Below are positions 1 through 9,714 of a DNA stretch of 40,552 nt, piece by piece (position 1 is the first letter of the stretch; each line of letters starts with the position of its first letter). The position numbers were made by a program, and so were the translations under genes. The notes beneath the pieces were generated by a model. The model worked only from the letters and a program-made list of their open reading frames with translations, did not search any database and was not told where the DNA came from. Origin of the DNA: a virus (taxonomy: Duplodnaviria; Caudoviricetes); the IMG/VR virus record IMGVR_UViG_3300021560_000029, positions 1-40,552 of that record; one strand, written 5' to 3'.

Positions 1-758
1 GGAGTGAACGCCGGGTAAGCCACGCTCCCGTTGCCGAACCAGATATTGTCACCGGCCACGCCGCCGGGCTGCACGACATGCAGCGGAGCGCCGGGCGCCG
101 CAGTATTGACGCCGATGCTGGCAGCGTTCAGCAGCCGGAACTGGTGGGCGTCCTCGTCCTGAAGCCACGGTGTCTGACCACCCGCTCCCGCCCCGAGGCC
201 CACGCCGTTGATGCGGAACGTGCCGGTGACATTTACGTCGCCGACCACATCGACACCGTAAGACGCCGCAGCCTTGCCTACCGCAAGCGACAGGAGGTTA
301 TAGAGCCGGTAGTTCGCCGCGTTGACATCCTGAAGCCACGGCGTCTGCGCGAACGGCGTGCCGGGGCCGGATACCACGGGCGCCGAAGGGGTGGCGACCC
401 CCGCCGTGAATGTAACGCCGCCCGTTGTTGAGTCATCCCACAGGAGAACGAAATCGGTCCCCAGCTGATTGACGTCCGGGTAATCGCTGGCGGTATTGCT
501 GACCTTGATGACAAACGCGGAGCCGATGCCGAGGTGCTGCCATGCCCCGAGGATATTGGCGGCGGGCCATACGCCTGTGATCAGCGGGACGCTCGCCAGC
601 AGCAGATTCCCCAGCTGATCCGAGATGTCCATGACCCAGAAACCGGACATCTCGTTGAAGCGCACCCACAATTGCAGCGAGATGTTGTAGCCGTTCACCT
701 GAACGGTTACGGAAAGCGTCTGGTTCGGACCGCTTGTCAGCTGAACGATCTGGGCCAT
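1..758 (-). CDS. Baseplate plug-like protein fused to a tail-fibre-like extension (partial, runs off left edge)
   Basis: Not in the ORF track because it has no stop in the window. Manual translation from ATG at 758 gives MAQIVQLTSGPNQTLSVTVQVNGYNISLQLWVRFNEMSGFWVMDISDQLGNLLLASVPLITG...LGTDFVLLWDD, a typical small baseplate protein. It continues open with two QTPWLQD repeats and GDVNVTGTFRING. It lies after the baseplate gene 771..1574. Confidence 0.75.
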   Translation of the reverse strand, partial: MAQIVQLTSGPNQTLSVTVQVNGYNISLQLWVRFNEMSGFWVMDISDQLGNLLLASVPLITGVWPAANILGAWQHLGIGSAFVIKVSNTASDYPDVNQLGTDFVLLWDDSTTGGVTFTAGVATPSAPVVSGPGTPFAQTPWLQDVNAANYRLYNLLSLAVGKAAASYGVDVVGDVNVTGTFRINGVGLGAGAGGQTPWLQDEDAHQFRLLNAASIGVNTAAPGAPLHVVQPGGVAGDNIWFGNGSVAYPAFT

Positions 759-770
759 TTTTTGTGTTTG

Positions 771-1574
771 TCAGAGCAGATGAAGGCCGCCGGGGAGAAT
801 GTTGCTGGACCATGCGCCGCTGTTCGGGACATTCGATCCGGCGCCGACCGGAAGGCCGGGCACGCTGAGAATATTGTGCTGATTGGCGACTACATCCGGT
901 ATCGGGGCGGTCGGCGTAAAGCCGCTCGGCGTAAGGGCAATAGTATTGCTGCGCGGGCTGGTATGAAGCGCGGCAGGCATGACCTGCACGCTGGCCTGAA
1001 TGATTTCCTGAAATGTGACGAAGAATGAGCCGCCGCCGAGCGTCTGGTGATTCTGCTCGGATTCGAGCGACGTAATCATCATGTTGTCGTAAGCCATCAT
1101 GCGGGTGGCAACCTGGACAATGACGCGGTCGCGCGCGAGCGACCGCAGCGTCTGAAAGGCCGACACGCTGCGGCTTTTGTCGCCCGAAAACTGCTCGTGG
1201 TAATAAGACTGCATCGAATCGCTCATCAGGATTTCGATGGTCAGTTTCGCCGGGAGCGCATAGGCGTGATCGTTGATGGCCGCGCCGGTCTGCACCGGAT
1301 TCTCGGTGATAATCACGCGCTGTTCGTCCTGCGCCCGCATCACGGCGTCGAACACATAGATCGTGGATGACGAGTTGTACTGCGCGTCATGCGCGGCCAG
1401 CGCGCTCGAATCCGCCGGGACGGTGAGCGTGAACGTGGCCGGTCCCTTGCTGGCCCATTGCGGCGGCCGCCAGCGGTAATCGACGGGCAGCTTCGCGCCC
1501 GGCGTAGCCGCAAGCGCATCCAGCGCGCCCGGCCCGAGCGACATACCGGGGAGAACCGGCGCGAGATCACCCAT
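771..1574 (-). CDS. Phage baseplate/tail-tube initiator (Dit-like) protein
   Basis: Motif FDAV...ITENPVQTGAAINDHAYALP...AFQTLRSL...V.T....YDNMMITSL. Immediately downstream of the tape measure gene, with a 1-bp stop/start overlap. Confidence 0.7.
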   Translation of the reverse strand: MGDLAPVLPGMSLGPGALDALAATPGAKLPVDYRWRPPQWASKGPATFTLTVPADSSALAAHDAQYNSSSTIYVFDAVMRAQDEQRVIITENPVQTGAAINDHAYALPAKLTIEILMSDSMQSYYHEQFSGDKSRSVSAFQTLRSLARDRVIVQVATRMMAYDNMMITSLESEQNHQTLGGGSFFVTFQEIIQASVQVMPAALHTSPRSNTIALTPSGFTPTAPIPDVVANQHNILSVPGLPVGAGSNVPNSGAWSSNILPGGLHLL

Positions 1575-3970
1575 TAACGCTGCCCCATTCCGGCGAGGTC
1601 GGTGGCCACGATGTTCTTGAAGTTGGTATGGAACTGGTCACTGAAAGCCTGCGCGATTGCCTGCGGCGAGGCGTTGGTCTGGCTCACCCGGATCGTTACC
1701 GGGGCCGTAATTGTAATCTGCTGCTGTACGTCGCCGCCGCCCGAGTCGGCGCGCGGCGCGAATTCCGCGCTGAGTCCGTAGTTGCGGCCCGGCATTGCGT
1801 CGCCGCCCATATAGCCGGTGACTTTGGCGAGGTAGTCCATCGTCTCGCCGGGCTTGCCGCCTGCCTTTGTGGGCAGATACTGCGCCCACGCGTCGCCGCG
1901 TTTCTGTATGAGTTTGTCGAGCGCGCCCTGCCCCATGTTGTAAGCCGCGATGGCTTTGGACGTGTCTCCGCCGTACTGGCCGAGCAGCTTGTCGAGATAC
2001 TTGACGCCGCCTTTGATATTGCCAGCGGTATCGTACGGGTTCACGCCCATGTCGGCCGCCGTGCCTTTGAGCAGCTGAAATATCCCGAGCGCGTGCGCTG
2101 AGCTTTCGAGAGTTCCCGTGCCCATGCCCGCCCGGAATTCCTGCTGATGAAATCCCGACTCCTGCCTCGCGATGGCGAGCGCGAGCGCCGGACTGACCTT
2201 GGTTCCTTTGGTGGCGTTTATGATCTGATTCATAATGCCCGCCTGATCCTGCGTCACCGGCCCCGATGGCGCAGGTCCCTCATCGCCGCTGCCGCCGTAC
2301 GTGAACAGAGGCGTATCGTCATCGTTAAAGAAGCTGGCGGACTCCGATGCCCGCCGCGACGGCGGGTGAAACTCTTCCAGCTTCGGCATCGGAGCTTTTT
2401 GAAAATCCGCAAAGCCGGGACGCATTTTACCGAAAGCGTCCATGCTTTCGTCCAGATAATCCTGTGTGACTTTTATCTTGCTGTCTTCGGCCTTGTCGAG
2501 TTCGTCGAGGTGGGCCAGCGTCTTTTTCGCTGCTTCCACCGTTTTCGTGTCCACCGAATGCAGGTCCTGCTCGGCCTGTTTCCGCTGCGCCCTTCGCTGC
2601 GCCATTTCGGCCTGCCGCGCGGCGGCTCTCTGTTCTTCGACGTCCTGCTTGTGGCTCTCGGCCCACATGTTGTAGACGCCGCCGACCGGCGTCACATCGA
2701 AGACGGACTTGGCCCCGTGCTTCGACAGGTCCCAGCCGGACTTCAGGCCCGCCACCGCCTCGCTCCCGGCCGCTTTGAGCTTCGCGGGATCGTGCGTCAT
2801 CATCGCTGTCCCGAGATTCTGGGCGGCCTTCAGGCCGTGGCTGGCGAGTCCGATTACATCGCCAGCGGCCTTAATCAGGTCTTGCAGGGTGGTGACGAAT
2901 GGCGCGAGCGCCACCATCACGATGTCGACCGCGTGCTTGATATGGCCGATAGCTAAAGCGAGATTCTCAAAACTCAGCGTGCCCTTTTCGAGTTTGTCAT
3001 CGCCGAAGACCGTCCCGATGAAGCTCAGCATTGACGAGAGAGCGTATTTACTCCACTTGTAAATGCCCTCCATCGCGCCTTCGATGATTTCGAAGACGGG
3101 CGGCGCGTACACCGCCGCGAGCCTGCCGATGTTGGTTTCGACCACCAGCAGATAATCCGCGAAGTCCGCCGCCTTGTTGCCGACGTACAGCAGCGCGTCC
3201 CCCATCTTGGTGAGGTCCGCCGTCTCGCTTGCCATTGACGAGTCGCCGGAAAACGCCGCGATGATATTGGCGAATGCGCGGCCGAATTCGACCGCCATCT
3301 TCCAGCAGTCTTCGAGCAGATGCGCCGTGATTTTCAGGACCGGGACCGCGTAGGTTGCCAGCTGGTCGGCGATGTGCGGCGCGTTCTCCGTCAGGTAGGC
3401 GATGAGGTGCTGTAGCTTTTCCTCGACCGGCCCGAGCACCGGCCGCAGCTTTTCCCACAGCGCGGAAATAAAGCCCTTTTCGAGCATCTTTCCGGCCACT
3501 TCGAGATCGAGAATCTCGGCGCGGAGATTCCGGATTTCGCTCATATTCCGCTGGAAGTTCGGGCCGAAGCCCTCGTTCATCTTCTGGATCATGGCGTCCA
3601 TCACGGCCGCCTGATTCGCCAGTTCCGGGTCGTTCCAGATTTCCTCGATGGACGCGCCGAGCGCGTCGGTAATCATCGTGGTGCGCTGCGCGACGTCCTT
3701 GGTCGTGAGCATGCGCTCCGCCAGCAGCCGGTAATGCTGGTCGGCCATCGCGACGTTCTCGCCCATCGCCACGATGCCTGCCGATACGGCCGTGAACGCC
3801 CCGATAATGGCGCCCTGCGCTTCGAGGATTTTCTTTGTCCACCCGCCCGTGTGGGACACGACCGCCTTCTCGGCGTCCATGAGCGTGTTCTTGAATCCAC
3901 GCACGGACATCTGGTCGGTGCTGAATCCAAGGCTTACAAGGTATTCCTCAATAATGTTGGCTGCTGCCAT
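1574..3970 (-). CDS. Tape measure protein with C-terminal lytic transglycosylase (SLT) domain
   Basis: N-terminal IIEEYLVSLGF, long Ala-rich helical body, and SLT motifs IARQESGF, GIFQL..GTA, NIKGGVKYL and AIAAYNMG. Position follows the tail chaperone. Confidence 0.88.
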   Translation of the reverse strand: MAAANIIEEYLVSLGFSTDQMSVRGFKNTLMDAEKAVVSHTGGWTKKILEAQGAIIGAFTAVSAGIVAMGENVAMADQHYRLLAERMLTTKDVAQRTTMITDALGASIEEIWNDPELANQAAVMDAMIQKMNEGFGPNFQRNMSEIRNLRAEILDLEVAGKMLEKGFISALWEKLRPVLGPVEEKLQHLIAYLTENAPHIADQLATYAVPVLKITAHLLEDCWKMAVEFGRAFANIIAAFSGDSSMASETADLTKMGDALLYVGNKAADFADYLLVVETNIGRLAAVYAPPVFEIIEGAMEGIYKWSKYALSSMLSFIGTVFGDDKLEKGTLSFENLALAIGHIKHAVDIVMVALAPFVTTLQDLIKAAGDVIGLASHGLKAAQNLGTAMMTHDPAKLKAAGSEAVAGLKSGWDLSKHGAKSVFDVTPVGGVYNMWAESHKQDVEEQRAAARQAEMAQRRAQRKQAEQDLHSVDTKTVEAAKKTLAHLDELDKAEDSKIKVTQDYLDESMDAFGKMRPGFADFQKAPMPKLEEFHPPSRRASESASFFNDDDTPLFTYGGSGDEGPAPSGPVTQDQAGIMNQIINATKGTKVSPALALAIARQESGFHQQEFRAGMGTGTLESSAHALGIFQLLKGTAADMGVNPYDTAGNIKGGVKYLDKLLGQYGGDTSKAIAAYNMGQGALDKLIQKRGDAWAQYLPTKAGGKPGETMDYLAKVTGYMGGDAMPGRNYGLSAEFAPRADSGGGDVQQQITITAPVTIRVSQTNASPQAIAQAFSDQFHTNFKNIVATDLAGMGQR

Positions 3971-3990
3971 GTATTATTCTGGTATTACAG

Positions 3991-4731
3991 ATGCCATCGC
4001 GTATTGATCTTACTGGAAAAATCTTCGGCCGCCTGACCGTGATCAGTCCCGATGCCGCCGGAGAAACACTTTTCTGGCGCTGCCTGTGTGAATGCGGAAA
4101 TCACAAAAGTATCAATGGCGCATCACTCAGGAGAGGGGCAACGGTCAGTTGCGGCTGCCGGATGCGCGAAACCGCCGATCAGACGAGTCATGGGAAATCA
4201 GGCACTAAAACTCATCACATCTGGAATCACATTAAACAGCGATGCGGCAATCCGAATAATCCGGCTTACAGAGATTACGGCGGTCGCGGCATTCGCGTCT
4301 GCCAGCGATGGATGGAATCTTTTCAGAACTTCCTCGACGACATGGGCGAATGTCCGCCCGGCCTGACGATTGATCGTTACCCGAATAATGACGGCGACTA
4401 TGAGCCCGGCAACTGCCGGTGGGCAACCATGAAAGAGCAATCCAATAACCGTCGTCACCGGCGTGATTTCCAGCCGATCACCTTCAATGGCGAAACAAAG
4501 CATATGGCCGCCTGGCTGCGCGACCCGCGAATTGCCGCCCTGGGTATCAGCGCAAGGACGCTGTCAGGCAGACTGTTTAATGGCTGGAGCGTGGAGCGCG
4601 CATTCACGACGCCGAAGCAGCAGCATGGTGAGTTTTGGGCCGATGTTCCCGCTGATAAGCGCAGGCTGAATGTCCGGAAGGCTGTTAAGGCGCATATCCG
4701 GAATGCTAAAGCCCGCCGAAGAAAAAAGTAA
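3991..4731 (+). CDS. Free-standing HNH-type homing endonuclease (antisense to structural operon)
   Basis: DLTGKIFGRLTV..WRCLCECG..SCGC N-domain, then W..IKQRC.NP..Y.DYGGRGI.VC.RW..SF.NFL.DMG..P.G.TIDR..NND..Y.P.NCRWAT. Confidence 0.85.
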   Translation: MPSRIDLTGKIFGRLTVISPDAAGETLFWRCLCECGNHKSINGASLRRGATVSCGCRMRETADQTSHGKSGTKTHHIWNHIKQRCGNPNNPAYRDYGGRGIRVCQRWMESFQNFLDDMGECPPGLTIDRYPNNDGDYEPGNCRWATMKEQSNNRRHRRDFQPITFNGETKHMAAWLRDPRIAALGISARTLSGRLFNGWSVERAFTTPKQQHGEFWADVPADKRRLNVRKAVKAHIRNAKARRRKK

Positions 4732-4736
4732 AACCG

Positions 4737-4988
4737 TTACCGCTGCTGGCGCTGGCGGGCGACGTATTCGTCGTGGCGGAACTGGTTCTCGTCGCGGACG
4801 TCGAGCACGCGGTTCACCTCAACGAGGTCATGGAAATCATAGGTGCCGTCGCCCGTTTCATGCTGACGCCACAGTCCCGCAAGAACCGGACGCCAGAGAT
4901 ACGCGCTTATGCCTGGAGGGAGGGTAGCTGGGGTGTATCCAGGGCTTCGCCTTCTTGCGGCTTTTTGGTTCCCAGCTTCCTGAAAAAA
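4737..4988 (-). CDS. Tail assembly chaperone C-terminal (T) segment reached by -1 frameshift
   Basis: The -1 frame opens at T TTT TTC (4988-4982), right after an in-frame TGA. It encodes ..AYLWRPVLAGLWRQHETGDGTYDFHDLVEVNRVLDVRDENQ..* and has no ATG of its own. Confidence 0.75.
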   Translation of the reverse strand, partial: FFQEAGNQKAARRRSPGYTPATLPPGISAYLWRPVLAGLWRQHETGDGTYDFHDLVEVNRVLDVRDENQFRHDEYVARQRQQR

Positions 4989-5335
4989 TCAGCGAAGTTA
5001 AAATCGATGGCCTCGTTGAACAGATTGCTGACCGTCCAGATATCGTCGGCGAGATCGGGGATGAGCCACCGCCGGGATGCCGCGTCATAGCATTTGACCG
5101 GCATGGTCTGCGCCGCCTGCGCCGCGCCGCCTGGCATCATTCCGTTAGGCGGCCCGCCCACCGGCTTCATACGGAAGCAGACGTCGAACATATACGCCTG
5201 CACGGTCGGGAATACCGACTCCTTGCGGAAGTCGCCGTTCTGGAACTGCCATACAATCCAGTTGCCCAGATCGGCGCGAACCCTGCCGATGCGGAACGTA
5301 TGGTCGCCGATTACAACGTCTTTCGTTTTCTCCAT
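4907..5335 (-). CDS. Tail assembly chaperone (G protein)
   Basis: Lies between tube and tape measure genes. Likely start MEKTKDVVIGDHTFRIG (ATG at 5335). Ends with NFADFF followed by the slippery site. Confidence 0.78.
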   Translation of the reverse strand: MEKTKDVVIGDHTFRIGRVRADLGNWIVWQFQNGDFRKESVFPTVQAYMFDVCFRMKPVGGPPNGMMPGGAAQAAQTMPVKCYDAASRRWLIPDLADDIWTVSNLFNEAIDFNFADFFRKLGTKKPQEGEALDTPQLPSLQA

Positions 5336-5381
5336 GATGATTTCGGTGATCCTTTTGAAAAAACCGGGATATGCTTCTGCG

Positions 5382-6056
5382 ATGGCGAATCCGCGCATCC
5401 CGCTGGATGGCAGGACATTCGGAAGGTTGATGGTTTTGTCTTATGAAGGCGGCTTGCGCTATCTATGCCGCTGCGTCTGCGGCACGGAGAAAATCGTGCC
5501 CGCCAAAAATCTGAAGACAGGGACGGCGATCAGTTGCGGCTGTTTCCGGGCCGAACTGCTGAAAGGCAATCAGCACGGCCTTAAACACGGCCACGGAAGC
5601 CGGAAGGACGGACGAGCCAAGTCCGTCATGATGGCCACCTATACGAGCATGAAGCAGCGGTGTTGCAACCCGCGCTGCAAAGGCTTCCCGTTTTACGGCG
5701 GCAGAGGCATAACCGTTTGTCAGCGATGGCTGGATTCCTTCGAGAACTTTCTCGCGGATATGGGCGAACGCCCGCCCGGTATGGAACTGGATCGCATCGA
5801 CAACAACGGGAACTACGAGCCTGACAATTGCCGGTGGGCTACCCGCCAGCAACAGCTTGCAAATCGCCGTCGCCCGGTCGATTCCATCGTGCTTACTTTC
5901 TGCGGCGAGAGTAAAACCCTGGCTGAGTGGTCACGCGATGAACAGACCGTGGCGAAAGGCCTGACCTACACCACGCTTCAAAGCCGGTTTCACATGGGCT
6001 GGTCGCATGGCCGAATCCTTACTGAACCGCCTGGACCACAAGGAAAGTATAAGTAG
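5382..6056 (+). CDS. Free-standing HNH-type homing endonuclease (paralog of 3991..4731)
   Basis: Likely start MANPRIPLDGRTFGRL at 5382. Motifs CRCVCG, SCGC, MKQRCCNP, YGGRGITVCQRW and LDRIDNNGNYEPDNCRWAT. Confidence 0.85.
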   Translation: MANPRIPLDGRTFGRLMVLSYEGGLRYLCRCVCGTEKIVPAKNLKTGTAISCGCFRAELLKGNQHGLKHGHGSRKDGRAKSVMMATYTSMKQRCCNPRCKGFPFYGGRGITVCQRWLDSFENFLADMGERPPGMELDRIDNNGNYEPDNCRWATRQQQLANRRRPVDSIVLTFCGESKTLAEWSRDEQTVAKGLTYTTLQSRFHMGWSHGRILTEPPGPQGKYK

Positions 6057-6072
6057 TTGATTTTAAACCACT

Positions 6073-6534
6073 TCACTCATTCGCGATGTTCGCACACCTG
6101 AGAACCCAATTCACGGTCTGCGCCTCGGTAGAATATGACTTGTCAGGCACCTTTACGGGCACCACGCCGGTCATCGTGTGCGACGTGCCGTCGATGGTGT
6201 TCTGAATGAACATCGTTCCGGCGGCGAACAGCGACACATCGCCGGTCTGCGCGGCCGCGATGATCGCGTTGTACCAGTTCAGGAAGTCATGATGCAGTTC
6301 GCTGACCTGCCACACCTGAATTTCGATCTCACCCTGTTCGCCGGGAATGTATGAGATCACCACCGCGCCGTCCATGCCCACCTTGAGGCTCGCGTGGTCG
6401 GTCGCCATGCGGACGTGAAGTTCATTCAGGCCCTTGCCTGCGATGCCCGAAAGAATGATCGTGCCGGTCAGCGGATGTTGGAACGAACCGTTTGTGTCCT
6501 GACCGCTGTACGTCACCGGTATGACATTGTTCAT
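6073..6534 (-). CDS. Tail tube protein (DUF3277-like)
   Basis: 153 aa, TYS..D N-terminus, VGMDGAV, P.KSYS..A....W.L. Directly follows the sheath in gene order. Confidence 0.8.
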   Translation of the reverse strand: MNNVIPVTYSGQDTNGSFQHPLTGTIILSGIAGKGLNELHVRMATDHASLKVGMDGAVVISYIPGEQGEIEIQVWQVSELHHDFLNWYNAIIAAAQTGDVSLFAAGTMFIQNTIDGTSHTMTGVVPVKVPDKSYSTEAQTVNWVLRCANIANE

Positions 6535-6569
6535 TTGTTTTCAATCCTTTCTATTGATATGATCGGGTG

Positions 6570-7472
6570 ATGCCACCACTCAAAGATTTGACCGGGATGA
6601 CCTTCGGTCGATGGACCGTTCTGCGCCCTGAAAAGGGCCGGATGCATTTATGCCGGTGCGAATGCGGAACCGAAAAGCTGATACAGTCCGGCTCTTTGCA
6701 GACCGGGAAATCTCAAAGCTGCGGCTGCCTAAACAGAGATGCTCATGTCGCGCGGCGCAAGGACATCACGGGCCGGGTATTCGGGCGATGGACCGTGCTT
6801 TCCTTTGCCGGGAGCGATGACGGCGCCTTATGGCTTTGCCGATGCGCCTGCGGCGCTGAAAAAATCATCAGGGCTACTCAGCTGGCCGCAGGGCTTACCA
6901 AAAGCTGCGGATGCCTTCGGGATGATGTGGCGAAAGTCTTTCACCTGAAGCATGGCCGATCACGAAATCGCGGCGCGCATGGCGCAGACCGTCGTGGAAG
7001 AAGCCGTGCATACAGGGCATGGGGCGACATGCTTCAGCGTTGTTCCAATCCGAATTTCCGGCAGTTCAAAGACTATGGTGGCCGGGGGATCACGGTCTGC
7101 GAAGAGTGGAAAAACTCATTTGAAAATTTTCTGCGGGACATGGGTGAACCGCCTGAAGGGCTGAGTCTGGACCGGATCGACAACGACGGTGGCTACAGTG
7201 CTGACAACTGCCGATGGGCGACACGCGCGCAACAGCAGCAAAACCGAAGACAAAAAGCCGCGACTCCAGCGAATCTCTCAATAAGCAGGTCATTTGAAGA
7301 CCTACAGATTGGCCGGAAGACTTTCGTCCGGGAAGTTATCACCGTCAACGGGCGAACGATGACCATCGAGGAATGGGCAGCGCGACTTCGCGTGCCGGTC
7401 ACTGTGGTTCGCAGAATGATTTCGCTGATGCCTGATAAAACGATCACCCCGGCGGACCGAGCCGCCGATTGA
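6570..7472 (+). CDS. Free-standing HNH-type homing endonuclease with duplicated N-terminal Cys domain
   Basis: Two copies of D(L/I)TG..FGRWTVL...CRC.CG.EK.I....L..G...SCGCL, then W.DMLQRCSNP..YGGRGITVCEEW..LDRIDNDGGY..DNCRWAT. Confidence 0.85.
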   Translation: MPPLKDLTGMTFGRWTVLRPEKGRMHLCRCECGTEKLIQSGSLQTGKSQSCGCLNRDAHVARRKDITGRVFGRWTVLSFAGSDDGALWLCRCACGAEKIIRATQLAAGLTKSCGCLRDDVAKVFHLKHGRSRNRGAHGADRRGRSRAYRAWGDMLQRCSNPNFRQFKDYGGRGITVCEEWKNSFENFLRDMGEPPEGLSLDRIDNDGGYSADNCRWATRAQQQQNRRQKAATPANLSISRSFEDLQIGRKTFVREVITVNGRTMTIEEWAARLRVPVTVVRRMISLMPDKTITPADRAAD

Positions 7473-7474
7473 CC

Positions 7475-8896
7475 TCACTGTTGCACGTTAATTACGACCA
7501 CAAGCGACTGCGCGGACTGCGCCTGAATGACGGCCACGGTGATCGGGGGCAGGCGGCGCGCGGCGCGGTCGGCCTGCGAGAGTGTGCTCACCGAAGGCGC
7601 ATACACGTAGAAGCCCTTGGGCAGCGGGCTGCCCGCGCTGATGGAGTTATTGCCCGTGCCGATGGTCTGTCCCTGCCAGAATCCCGAGGGCGCGATGAAG
7701 CCGATTTCCTGCACCTTCGCGCAGGCCTCCGTAACGGCGTTCTGCATCATGGCGACGCCGCCGTTGGTAATCGGCACGGCCGGGAGCGCGACCAGTAGAT
7801 TCATGCAGTTGACCTGAATCAGGTTCGCGAGGATGTCCATGAAAATGACCTGATCGACAAACGTCCCGTCCGACATCGTGCCGTTCTGAATGAACTGGTA
7901 TGACCCGTCCGCGTAGTCGAGGTAGACGTTGCCGTTGTAGCCCTTGACCGAGCGGTCGGGACTGCCGGAGATGGTGAGCACTTCCGTGGGCGACAGCGGT
8001 TCGGTATAGATCCCGCTGATGGGCTTGAACATCAGATTGAAGTAAGTCCCGGCGGCGAAGCTGGTGCGGCCCGCGACCACGCCCATCGGCGCGGCCGCCG
8101 CATAAGCCTGCGACGGATAAAGCCCGCCCTGCGTGGTGGCGTATTCGCAGTAAGTACGGCGGAAGGCGCCGGACTTGAGCGAGTCCAGAAGATTCGGCGT
8201 CGTTCCGGCCGGGATCTTCGGGTCGCTCGCGGAGGCGAAATAAAGCGAATAGGGGATCGCCCCTTCGACGTAAGTGGCGATATCCAGCTGCTGCTGATCG
8301 GTGACGGTCCCGACGAATATGCACTCATACCAGATGGAACTTCGCTGGCGGCACGCCATGATGGAGCCTGCGGGCGTTTCGCTGACTGTCAGGATGTTGA
8401 TGGTGCAGCCGGTGCCCGTCGCGGGAGTGACGGCGGAGGTAACAAGAGCCGACGCGACCGTATACATCGTGCCGGTTCCGACCAGCTGAACTCCGGTTAC
8501 GGCGGAACTGCCGTCAACGGATGTGACCTTCACCTGCCCGCCGGAGGCGCCGGACTGAATGATGTTCAGGATGTCGCCCACGGCGTAGCCGTTTCCGCCG
8601 CTGCCGACAGCGACGGTGCCGATGGCGGTGAGATCCTGCATTCCGACCCAGACCGTGCCGGGCGCGGGCTGCTGCCCGAATACGATGGAGGCCGCCGTCA
8701 GTTCCGGGCTGTTGGGCAGGAACCCGTCCGCCGTCATTTCGGACGTGGACGTGTAAGCGCGAATGCGCTCAGAGTTGGGAATGATCGTGCTCGGACCAAC
8801 AATCAGCGGCTGATTGAACGAAGCGCCGGGAGAGCCGGGGGACTGGAGCGAGATGGTTACATTGACAATCGGCTGAAGCGACAGAGTGTTGCTCAT
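7475..8896 (-). CDS. Contractile tail sheath protein (DUF3383-like)
   Basis: 473 aa. IVNVTI..., R.Y.S..EM..DGF..SPE..AA..F.Q.P.P, LMFK.I.G, G.M.DG.F.D, GFYVYAP.V...SQADRAAR..PPI.VA. Confidence 0.88.
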   Translation of the reverse strand: MSNTLSLQPIVNVTISLQSPGSPGASFNQPLIVGPSTIIPNSERIRAYTSTSEMTADGFLPNSPELTAASIVFGQQPAPGTVWVGMQDLTAIGTVAVGSGGNGYAVGDILNIIQSGASGGQVKVTSVDGSSAVTGVQLVGTGTMYTVASALVTSAVTPATGTGCTINILTVSETPAGSIMACRQRSSIWYECIFVGTVTDQQQLDIATYVEGAIPYSLYFASASDPKIPAGTTPNLLDSLKSGAFRRTYCEYATTQGGLYPSQAYAAAAPMGVVAGRTSFAAGTYFNLMFKPISGIYTEPLSPTEVLTISGSPDRSVKGYNGNVYLDYADGSYQFIQNGTMSDGTFVDQVIFMDILANLIQVNCMNLLVALPAVPITNGGVAMMQNAVTEACAKVQEIGFIAPSGFWQGQTIGTGNNSISAGSPLPKGFYVYAPSVSTLSQADRAARRLPPITVAVIQAQSAQSLVVVINVQQ

Positions 8897-8913
8897 GTGC
8901 GAAATTCCTTTGC

Positions 8914-9609
8914 TCAGGGAGTCGGGGGATTTTGAAGGTGGACGGCCTGTTCGTAGCCGGTCTCGGTGATGATGTTGATGTCGAGGGCGGCCGCCGCTTG
9001 CACGGTGGTGTCTTCGATGACGAGTTCGTAAAACTTCAGATCAAGATCGGCGCGCTTCCACCACTGCCCGGCGTGTAATTCGGGCACGTACGTCGGCGGG
9101 TGCCATTCCGGGACGGTGTAAATCTGCGACGTATAGGGCGGCGGAAGCTGCGCGAGCGCCGTCCTCACCCAATCGAACTGGAACGCGCCCAGAATTCTGC
9201 GGGCGTTGCTCATGCAGTTCGGGCCGTAGACCGACCAGTGGGTGTTCCACACGGCCGTGTACCACCGCTGGTCGATATTGGTCGAGCCGTCGACCGGATT
9301 GAATTTGTAGTTGTTGTCGTTCGTCCGCGCGAACGGGGTGTTGATCGTGGTACAGCGGATAATCGCCAGATCCTCGTCAATCGCCCATGCGGGCTGGCCC
9401 TGCCGCTGCCATCCCACGCGCACCTGCCGGTATGCCCCGCCCCCTTCCGGCTTCGTATCGTCGATCCGGATACCGAGCATCGGGCACGTCAGCCGCTGCA
9501 TCAGCGCGTGCATGTCGTCGGGCGTCAGCGCGCCGGAATTGAGCGTCTCCCCGGTGGGAAACGGCCATGACGGAGGATTGGGCGTCGGAAAAACAGCAGA
9601 AAAAGGCAT
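8914..9609 (-). CDS. Neck/tail terminator protein
   Basis: Immediately upstream of the sheath. YGPN..SNARRI and PEL..GQWWKRADL.L.F motifs. Likely start at ATG 9609. Confidence 0.65.
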   Translation of the reverse strand: MPFSAVFPTPNPPSWPFPTGETLNSGALTPDDMHALMQRLTCPMLGIRIDDTKPEGGGAYRQVRVGWQRQGQPAWAIDEDLAIIRCTTINTPFARTNDNNYKFNPVDGSTNIDQRWYTAVWNTHWSVYGPNCMSNARRILGAFQFDWVRTALAQLPPPYTSQIYTVPEWHPPTYVPELHAGQWWKRADLDLKFYELVIEDTTVQAAAALDINIITETGYEQAVHLQNPPTP

Positions 9610-9714
9610 CGCGGAAAAGGTCCCGGCCCGGAAGGGAGAATGAACGAAGAAGCTCTCCGGGCCGGTCGCCCGGCCGTTCAGGAGCAATGAACGCGGCGCG
9701 GACGGGAAATCGCG

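Noticed and set aside
433-813. 126-aa minus ORF from the track
   Set aside because: Wrong frame. The real gene is the frame starting at ATG 758 that runs off the window.
5094-5381. N-terminal extension of the 320-aa HNH ORF
   Set aside because: Antisense to the chaperone gene. Homology and a -10 box point to the start at 5382.
3991-7472. Group I introns housing the HNH genes
   Set aside because: The flanking structural genes are complete and the gaps are too short for ribozyme cores.
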